DNA from: Oikopleura dioica
Lineage: Eukaryota; Animalia; Chordata
Length of the DNA: 64,000 bases
Assembly (NCBI GenBank): GCA_907165135.1
Contig: OU015569.1
Span: 11,408,001-11,472,000 of the forward strand
Direction: 5' to 3'
The position numbers were made by a program, and so were the translations under genes. The notes beneath the pieces are model-generated. The model worked only from the letters and a program-made list of their open reading frames with translations. It did not search any database and was not told the DNA's origin. The first letter of the stretch is position 1, and each line of letters starts with the position of its first letter. Positions 51,412 through 60,587 of the stretch are shown here, piece after piece.

Positions 51412-53839
51412 TTAAAATCCAGTAAGTCTGCTTTCTTCTCTCCAGATCGTCAGCTCTTCTCCTTGTCCACGTCGATATTCTGCCCGATTGAATCGGATTT
51501 TTACATATCTTTTGCCTTCCCGGAATTCGAACTCCTGAAAAGAGGTTTTAAAAGAGAGTTAAATACTAATCATTTACTTTCTTAAGGAGGGGGGGTCGAC
51601 GAGAATTTTTTCAGGGGTGATCGTAATCTCGCCTATACACATGGTCTGGATATAAATCTTATATTTTTGGAATCTACAGAACCTCCCGAATCTGTTGAGC
51701 CTAAAATCAATGAATAAAACTGAGATTAAGGGGGTGAAATTAACAAAATTGTAAAAAAATTGACCATTTTTGGTCAAAAAATGGCCCTACTCTAACGGGA
51801 TTTTTGACCGATATTTTCTGGCCAGAATTTTTTCTAGTTTTCGTCACCTGATTTTTTCAACGCTTTTCTATCCACCAGTAAAATCAGATTTTGCCTATCT
51901 AATCAGGTTTTCCCGCATTTTTGATCGACGAGACTTTCACATTAAAATGATTGCTAGCAATGTAACCCTCAGCTTCTTCAAAACGGTTATTTACGATTAT
52001 ATAGAAAAATTCTAACTTATCATATTGAAAAGCTTCCGTCCTTCGATGAGTGCCCAAGTCGCCGTTTGCCCAAGATCTCCGTCTGCTCAACTTGGGGAAA
52101 CGGCGATGTGAATTAATTTGAATTGATTGATCATATGACTTGATTTTATTGGGTTCTCTACAGTCAATCCCGGCTTCAACAACTTCGATCCTAGATTTTC
52201 GGACATCAATCCTGGTGGAAAAAACGTCAATCCCGACTTCGTCAACGCTGATCCGGGCGTCACTTTCTTCAATCCTAGCTTCTCAGACGTCAGTCTCGGC
52301 TTCTCAGTTGTCAATCATGGCTTTTCGAATGTCGATCATGGCTTCTCCAAGATTGAATTAACGTTTGAAAAGCCTAGATTTAAATTGATGATGCCCGGAT
52401 TGACATGAGAGAAGTCGGGATTGGCGTTGAAGAAGCCATGATTGAAGTCGGTGAAGCCAGGATTGACGATGTAGAAACCAGGATTGAGAAGCCATGATTG
52501 ATATAATATAAATGATATTTAAGAAGACATGATTGAAGTTGTGGAAACCAAAGAATGTTAAAAGATCAATCAATATAAATTTATTCACATATCCGTTTCC
52601 CAAAGTTGGGGAAACGGCGACTGGGGCAAACGGCGACTTAGGCAAACGTAGACCACTCAGAGTAGCAGCAATGCTCAAGTTTACAACCTGGGCTGTCGAT
52701 TAGAAAATATTATTGTCGAGAATTGAGGGCCAATGTGAGCACTTTCCTTCGGCGATAAATTTTACAGATATTTTTGCAACTCAGACCCCTTTTTCATGCT
52801 TTTATCAATATTATTATGACCATCAGAATTTTCAATACTTTTTGAAAAACATGATTCTGCGACGTTTTTAATAGGATTAAGGGTAGGCTACGAGATAGCC
52901 TTAATTTTTTTTTCAGAATAAAGTTGACCCCTTAGGGACAAACAATTTTTGCTTATGAAAGAACAGATAGATACTGGCAGTGTCGATTGAGAAAATAAGG
53001 CAAAAGCATCGAGTTGCACCGAAATATTTTCAGCCGAGAAATTATTGCGAATGCGAAACTCGATTGCTTCAGACAAATTTTCTAGTCATAAAGATCTCTC
53101 AAATTTCAAATTCATAGCTTATATCCTTAAATGTTAATTAATGGATTTGAAAAGGTATAAATATATAACTACCTGTATATAAAATGAGTTATAAAATTAA
53201 TGTAGAGGTATAATTTTTAAAAATTATATATAAATACTTACTGTAATTGTAGCTTGGCAATGATTCGTCACATCCCAGACAGTTTCTCCAATAAAAAATC
53301 TAGGGCGGATGCCTCTCCGTGGCCGTTCTCTGCGCGCTTCCTAAACAAATTTACAGTTTAAAATAATTCTTCCAGAATCAACAAAAAATCGACCAAAATT
53401 CACCTGCTGTTGAGGGACTTCTGGGGCTGGAATTGGCTCCTCATTTTCGTCCTGTTCCTCTTCTTCTTCGTCCTCGTCTTCTTCTTGGTCCTCGTCTTCT
53501 TCTTCATAGTCATCCATGCTTCCGGCCGCTGGCGCTGGCGCTGGGGCATCTGCGTCGGCGCTTTTTTGGAGCAAAAACGCTCCATAGCTTCCAAGCAAGC
53601 CGACAACGGTGCAGATGATGGTGGTTAACCAAAATGATGCCGAACTCTGGGGCGACCGGTTTGAAGTTTCCACGGCGTTGCTCATGGGGGCGATGATAGG
53701 ATCGCGGGTCTCCGATTCACTTGAGACGATCCATTTGAGGACAATGATACACGGAAAAAACTGAAAATATAATTATATAAAGCCAGAATTCTATTTAAAA
53801 TTATGAAAAAATACTAACGAATCTTGGGATGTGGTCCAT
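51412..53839 (-). CDS. Putative type I membrane protein with acidic tract and C-terminal chromo-barrel/Tudor-knot-like domain
   Basis: Four phase-0 exons (53839-53819, 53760-53405, 53340-53242, 51534-51412) with GT-AG introns give one open frame. Confidence 0.55.
51582..51925 (+). mobile_element. TTAA-flanked (Kolobok-like) non-autonomous element, left end
   Basis: TTAA|GGAGGGGGGGTCGACGAGAAT; 51728-51925 clearly homologous to 60143-60350. Confidence 0.75.
52051..52644. mobile_element. TIR element enclosing two convergent 21-bp repeat arrays
   Basis: TGCCCAAGTCGCCGTTTGCCC / GGGCAAACGGCGACTTAGGCA (1 mismatch); extra GGGGAAACGGCGA copies at ~52093 and ~52608. Confidence 0.65.
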
Positions 53840-54149
53840 CTTGATGTTACAAAAACTTACAGTCCTACACGACTCTTTTGAAAAACAGCATGTTCTAGAG
53901 ATTTATTCCGCCAAATATTTAATTTTAATTTTGAAGCTCTGTTAAGTGAACTCTTCCTTGATTTCAATTTATCAAAAAAAAAAATCGAAAAGTATCGAAG
54001 AAAATGACCGAATCTTCCTTTGAAAATTTTATTCTTCTCGTTGTTTTCAATAAATGTTTTCAAAATAACAGTGCTAGAAGCAAAACAGTGTCAGTTAAAA
54101 TTGTCCGGATCGAGCATCTGGAGCGAAGACTGATAACGGAAGTTTTTCT

Positions 54150-54950
54150 TTGGAAGATCTCTTCTGTTTTCGTGGTATTGCTCGTCCAACTCGTCCAGAA
54201 TATTCAATGCGCGATTTGGCTGAATTAAGATTTTTTTTCAACTTGATTCTGCTGCTTTAAAAGTACCCTTTGAGACTGAAGCTGACTCTCGGTGGATCTG
54301 ATTCGGTCGAAGACAGTCAAATCTCGTTCAAAATTCGTCGAATCCATCAACGGTATGTCCTAGAAACAGAAATAAACTATTCGATAAATCGAAATTTTAC
54401 ATTTTCAAGGAAAGAATCAGCCATTTCTTCGGTTCTTCCGACTTGGGGATTTCGTCGAAGCCAGTCTTTCACTTTCGTTTCGTAGGATCGCTCTCTCTTT
54501 TCTGCTGGAGATTTGTGTGGCTGTTTTTCGATAGAAAATTTACTTAGTTTTTAAATATCATCATTTATTTTTATCGTTTTCTTGAATCTTGATTCTCTTT
54601 TCTTCTCCCTAGCATCAATCAAGTCAAAGTCTGGAATTGGGCTCGGCATCGCAAAGTCGAAATCGGGAATGGTTGGAAGATTCAAACTTGGAAAGTCGAC
54701 ATCGAAGCCTGGAGAAGTCATCGTTGGCAGTGGCAGAGAATTGTGCTTCGAACTTGAGCGCGTTTTTTCGCCGCTCCTGGATTTCGGGATTTCTGGCGGC
54801 GGAAACATCATGTTGGAAGAGGCGTTCAAGTTGAACTGCTCCGTTGCTGTCTTTTCGGTTGTCCTGTTTGTTGTCGTGGAAATCTGGGAAACGTTTCTTC
54901 GCGAATCGGTCTTCGGGTCTTTCGGGTGTTATTGCCTTTTGAAAATATGC
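54150..54950 (-). CDS. Uncharacterised low-complexity protein or remnant
   Basis: Pro/Asp/Phe-rich ORF 54551-54829 with further short coding-like segments; in-frame TAA near 54930; structure unresolved. Confidence 0.3.
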
Positions 54951-55260
54951 TGGCTTGATTTTTGAAGAGATTCAGATTGTATTCCACAATTTCTGGTACT
55001 ACCAATGCTATGCATTACCTGCTCTTATTTTCTCAGAAAATGAAAGAAACAACCTTTTTTATAATTTTAATATAATTGATTTTTGTTACAACACTTTATT
55101 TGATCGACAACAGTATGTCATGAATGACTGCCAAGCAATTTTTTCAGTTTCGTTTATTGTTTTTGATATTTTCGATAATGCATCGACACAGCGTGTCTCA
55201 TACAGAGATAGGGTTGACAGTGTTTCTTAACTTTCTCATGTTCTTTTATTCGCTTTTTTA

Positions 55261-56247
55261 TCAATTCTCTCCCTGGCGGAGTTGGACAGTGGAGAGACGC
55301 TCGCCAGAGGATGGCGGAAGGGTGATATTGACGTGAAAATCGCTGAGTATTTTGAAGCAGGGGCCGAAGTACTTTGCCGCGTCCAAATTGTTCTGATACA
55401 AGTTCTTGCCACTGTCAGCTAGGTTCAATGGGCGCTTAAAAAGTGCTCCCGTGGCTGGATCCCGGTAAATTGCCTCTCTCTCGATCAATGTGTTGCCCAT
55501 CAGATGAAGTTCGTTCGACCACTTGATCATCGCTAGAACAAGATTATATTAACAAAGAATTGCTTTGTTTGCAATTTACCTTGCCCGAGAGACTCAGTTA
55601 TTTCCGCCAAATCAGGCAGATCCGTCCCTTCGACCTCTATTCCCGTCTCGGTACTGTCTGAGAATCTTTTTCTCTCGCTGGCTGGGGTATCCATGTTTGA
55701 AGCTTTTACGCATTCCAGGCCATTGGCGATAAGAGTGTTGCAAAGCTCCATCTTCTTTCGCACATGCTGGACCCGAGCATTCCCGGATGAAGGGGTTGTT
55801 GATGCAGTTGCTGGATCAGAAAAGCTCAAGTGGAAAACTTTCAAACGGTCTGATTACTTGCTTCGATATGGGCTCGGCAACCTGAGTAGAAAACCTGACT
55901 CAGGTTGGCAGCTTTGGTGGCAGCCTCAACTAGATTCGACCGGATCCTGGTTTTTGAAAAATGTTCTTGATCTCCTTCAACGGTTGCTCATTTCTCAACA
56001 CTTTGGCTAAATAGATTAATCTCTGATTTTCTGGCGAGATTCGATCTTCTCCCATTTTTTCGAAAATTTCCTTCTTGACATCTTCGACGAGCGCATCCGC
56101 AGGAAGCGACAGATTCAGCTTGGTCGTATCTAACCCAAAAAGAAAAAATTAAAAGTTGTTGGCGATTCGTTTTGACTTGCCATTGACGTGGACGGAAAGT
56201 TCAATTATTTCTTCGCTTTGACACAAGTTATCGTCTTGATTTTTCAT
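55261..56247 (-). CDS. Ubiquitin-like domain protein, BAG6/Scythe N-terminal-like
   Basis: After GC-AG intron 56130-56180: LVEDVKKEI...ISPENQRLIYLAKVLRNEQPL (UBL); later ARVQHVRKKM and ILSDFHVNITLPP resemble BAG6 blocks downstream of the UBL. Confidence 0.65.
55870..55912. mobile_element. Minimal hAT-like MITE remnant (fused TIRs) in intron
   Basis: GGGCTCGGCAACCTGAGTAGAAAACCTGACTCAGGTTGGCAG. Confidence 0.65.
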
Positions 56248-56699
56248 CTCTTTTGCCGGAATGAGGAAATACGGGGCTTTCAATTCTGATTGGTTTAATT
56301 CAAAAAAGTAAAAATTCCAAACACTGATTTTTGAAATGGCAAAATGGCATGCAAAAACCTTTCGGACTAAAGCCATTTTCCCTTCTTTCCACCTTCTTTT
56401 TTCCCTTTTCTGTCATTGAGACTGATAGACAGAGATCTAAATCCGATAAGTCATGACAGTTTTCATCCTTCTTTAGTCATTTTTATAGCCCTCAAAGGTT
56501 CATAAGCTTTCTAGAATTATAATTTTTACGGCGTCGTTTTCATTACATCAATTCAGTTATTTTTGCAGCTAGTCAGGGCGCTGCTCGAGTCGCAAGGAAG
56601 GTCTTGAGCCAAGTAAGATTGACAGAAAGAGAGAGAGCATTTTTTAACACTTGATAAGATTTTCTGACTAAGCAGACTGCTTCATCGCACCAAGCACGA

Positions 56700-59179
56700 A
56701 TGGGGAACTGTATCCAGTCTGAGTCCAGCAAAGAGAAAGGATCCAAAAGAGCCCAGGAATACGAGACTAAAGGTAAAGAAGAAAAAACAACTTTTGAGTT
56801 CGCTTTTTTTTATTTCTTGTCAAATATTGAAACTTTTTTTTCGCCATTTTTTGACGATCAAAGAAAGCATTTTTTGTTATCATTGGAACTTTTTTAAATT
56901 TCTGGATCCTTAAAAATTTGTCGACGGCATATATTATTGAAAAGGGAAAAGGATTATCTCTAGAAAGACCTTTGAACGAGGCATTGAGCCAGGGCAGTAC
57001 ATGCGTTTATCGATTAACAGTTATGATCAGACAGATTCGCATCGCAAGAGCAGCGGCTGCAGTTCTAGCTTCAAAATTCATCTTACGTATGTATCATAAC
57101 TAAACTTAACTATTACTACAGTTAAACAGCCCCTGGGCAAGATATCTCTTCCAAATAAATTCACAGACCTTCAATTTTTTACGCAATTGATTGTATTTTT
57201 TCTAATATTCAAAATGAGAAAAGGTAGAAACAAAAACCGGGAGTCGTTGTTGATTTCAAGCCGATTTTTTTCAGAGTCAACGAAAAGAGGAGAAGAAAAG
57301 TGCGGAACAGAAGCGAAGGAATTCGAATTTCCCACGCCAACAAGCGATAACTGGATAAACGCGATCAAGGAAGAGGCGCTCAAACAAAACAACAACAACG
57401 AAACTAACAAGGCGAATCTAACCCGCAGGCTTAGTGAAATGAGCAAAGGTAGGATCTGAAAAAGCGAATTGAGAGTTTCAAATTGAGATCAAAGAGGAAA
57501 TGGACATTTTGGGCTACATCATGAAACGGATGTGGCCTTCGATTCAAGAGCACGTGGCTACGAATGTCATGGCTGGAGTTGAGCGAAACATCAATATTTC
57601 CTTGGAATACATTTCCCTCCTCAACAAACTGACCTTCACCAAGAGCAACCTTGGCAACGAACAACCTAAGCTTTCCAATTGGCAGATCATGCCCGTCGAC
57701 AACGACGACGACATCATCCTCCAAGTCGATGTCAACTACGACGGCGACTGTGAATTCGCAATGACTGTCGGAACAAAACTCGGCAACCTTGGCTTTGGAA
57801 TCAAAGACGTTAAATTCTCCGGCGTGATGAGAATCGAGCTCAAAGATCTCATTCCAACTCCTCCACTCGTCTCCGCCGTTGTCGGCTACTTCATCGCCCC
57901 GCCACACATCGATTTCGATTTGACTGGACTGGCCAACGTCGCGGACAATCCACTCATCAGCAAAACCGTCAGAAGCACTGTTGTCAATGCTTTGAGCACG
58001 CAACTCGTCAACCCGCATAGAATCGTTGTTCCTCTGGGTGCACCTGACGCTTCTGTTTACAGGTAGTTCCGCGGATAAGGGAGTTTCATCATGATTGTTA
58101 AGATGGCCGATGCCAAAGTACATTGCCAAGATTACAGTGAAAGAAGCGGCTGACTTGGTGGACGCTGATGGAGGTGGACTTATGAGTTAGGTTCCCAAGC
58201 TCAGTTTTTAACCCGTTGTTTTCGAAGATAAATTTATGAAAAGTATGCTTGTCGATCTTTAAAAAAGCTATATTGCTGGAAAATCGGACCCTTACGTGAC
58301 AGTCTTCATGGACGCTGAGAATCAAACGAAGACCCCAGTAGTGGCCGACAATTTGAACCCGAAGGGATGTTTTTGTATTTCTTTAAAATCATTTAGGTTG
58401 AATCAAAATAGAAAACGTAGAAAGTGGGAGCACAGCGACTTCTTCCGCGTCTACCGCGAAGACGACGACATTCAGTTCAACGTGTTCGACAGCGACGTGG
58501 ACAAGGACGATCCACTTGGGAACTTTCATCTCAAACTCAACGAAATCGATGATGACTGGTTGGACTGGGTCGATCTCGTTGATACGCCAAAGGGAAAGCT
58601 CTATCTTCATATTCAGAAATTCCGGCCGAACGTTACTTGTCCTAAAATGATCAAACAAGCCCAGGTGATTTGATATTTCAATGATCCGACATTACAATAA
58701 ACTTCAGCAAGTGAATACGGAGCACAAGTCAAACAACGAAAAGAAGATTGTGCAGATCTATTTAGGCACCTTAGACGGGCTCCTCGTTGATGAGCCAGAG
58801 TACGAGGCAAAAACGCAAGTCTACTCGGCCAAGATCGAGGTCAAAGCAGGAGAGGTGACGAAAAGCTGGAATCTAGGCGCGGCTGCTTATGAGCCAAAGT
58901 TCAAGCAAACCTCTGCTCCTTGGGAACAATCCAGACACATTGTAAGAAAACTGTGCTAACGAACCGGGAACTAAAATCGTGTTTTTTTAGGTGGTGGATC
59001 CGGATGAGACTGTTACTGGTTCAATCGTTGTCGAAATGACGGCGCCAAAGAAGGAAAAGCGAGAAGTTGCTAGATTCGACTTTGAGTTTGTTGACGAAGT
59101 CGTCGAGCAAAAGTCAAGCAGCGAAGAAACGTCATTCAATGCAAGAGTGAGAGGCGCAACTTTCGCCCCGCCCAACTAG
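56700..59179 (+). CDS. Extended-synaptotagmin-like SMP + C2 domain protein with N-terminal MGNC motif
   Basis: IMKRMWP...FTKSNLGNEQPK...VNYDGDCE...GIKDVKFSGVMRIELKDLIPTPPLVSAV...PHIDFDLTGLANVAD...LVNPHRIVVPL (SMP); GKSDPYV, NLNPKW, VFDSDVDKDDPLG (C2). Confidence 0.85.
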
Positions 59180-59659
59180 CTCAATTTTTATACGAAGCCT
59201 TTTTTTCACTGTAAAAAATTAATAAAGATGTTCAATAATTCGCTGATTTCGCAAGTTCAAAAGAAATTTTAATCTTTTCTTGTTGAGAATACTTGAGAAA
59301 GTTAATTAACTTTCCTTGTTTGAACATTTAAAACGTGGAATAATTATTTTTGCTCCAAACACGACGAAGGAGCAACGCTAAATCGTTGCCTCCTGTTGTC
59401 ATCATAATCATTAGAGTTCAACGTACGAACTTCATTCATGATACTACGAAAACGTCTCAGGAGGTGCATCAGAGCCTTTTAGACATATAAAACTTTAAGT
59501 TTTATGTAATACATAAATATGATATAAGACCATGTTTTGATCCTGAAATTAAGCATTATATAAGGAGATATAATATCTCATATTGAAGCATATTTTCCAA
59601 CAAGAGGTAACCGACTTCCTATGACTTGGGTAGACATGATCTTTTTTCGGCGAGAAAAT

Positions 59660-59890
59660 ACTAGGCCCCCGCCAAAAACACCTCAGGAGGTGAATTCAGT
59701 AATTCTCAAAATGAGCTTGTTTCCGAACCCTAGCCCTAACCTAGAGTAGTCGAAGTGTAACCTGAAGATAGCTTAGCGATAGATAGCTCTACAATTTTTT
59801 TATTTCAAAACTTCAAGGCATTTTGGCGCAAGAGCTAATTTTTCGACCCTTGTGCCTCAGGAGGTGTACCCTGGCGGGGTAAGCCTAATA
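59660..59890. mobile_element. Degenerate MITE with CACCTCAGGAGGTG quasi-palindromes
   Basis: TACTAGGCCCCCGCCA...CACCTCAGGAGG versus CCTCAGGAGGTGTACCCTGGCGGGGTAAGCCTAATA; a third CTCAGGAGGTG at ~59456. Confidence 0.45.
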
Positions 59891-60142
59891 GTTCCATTTC
59901 TTGGTTTAGGCCTCATTTAGACGACAATCGCAGTTGCCAGAGTTGCATCGTGGCACCTCGAAATCTCAAGTTATCTAAATTTTTGGCTTCCATAGGAAAA
60001 CAAAACGGGGTTACTTTCTAAAAAACACTGCGAGGAAATCCGTTTTTTGATATCTATTAGAATAATTGAAATTTCATTCCATCATAATCAGGCAGTTATT
60101 CTTAGAATTGAGATGAATTCTTAGAATTGAGATGAATAATTT

Positions 60143-60385
60143 TTAGGGGGCGAAATTAACAAAATTGTAAAAAAAGTTACTATTATTGGTGCATTTTCGC
60201 GAAAATGGCCCTACTTTGACGGGATTTTTGACAGATTTTCTCCGGCCAAAATTTTTTCTACTTCTCGCCGGTTAATTTTTTCAACCCTTTTCTATTAAGC
60301 AGTAAACTCAGATTCAGGCTATCTCATCAGGTTTTCCCGCATTTTTGGTCACGGAAATCCCGATTCTCGTCGACCCCCTCCTTAA
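60143..60385 (+). mobile_element. TTAA-flanked (Kolobok-like) element, right end; same family as 51582
   Basis: ATTCTCGTCGACCCCCTCC|TTAA is the reverse complement of the 51582 terminus. Confidence 0.75.
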
Positions 60386-60587
60386 ATATTAAATTATATC
60401 AGCTTCCTTTTTTTTCGAGGTAAATGTGAACTTTTACTAGTTAACGTTACTTTGTTTCGATTGCCAACACGGCGCTCTCAAATGAAGTCTCAATTCCTCG
60501 TCAACCGATTATCTGGATGCGATAGAGAGCGCTGCTCCTGACCATAAATTTGACCATTTTTTCCGAAATTCTTGTGAAAACTTAACG

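Noticed and set aside
56149-56376. RASSF-like RA domain suggested by ELSVHVNGKSKRI
   Set aside because: GKSKRI is intronic; the spliced product is a BAG6-type UBL
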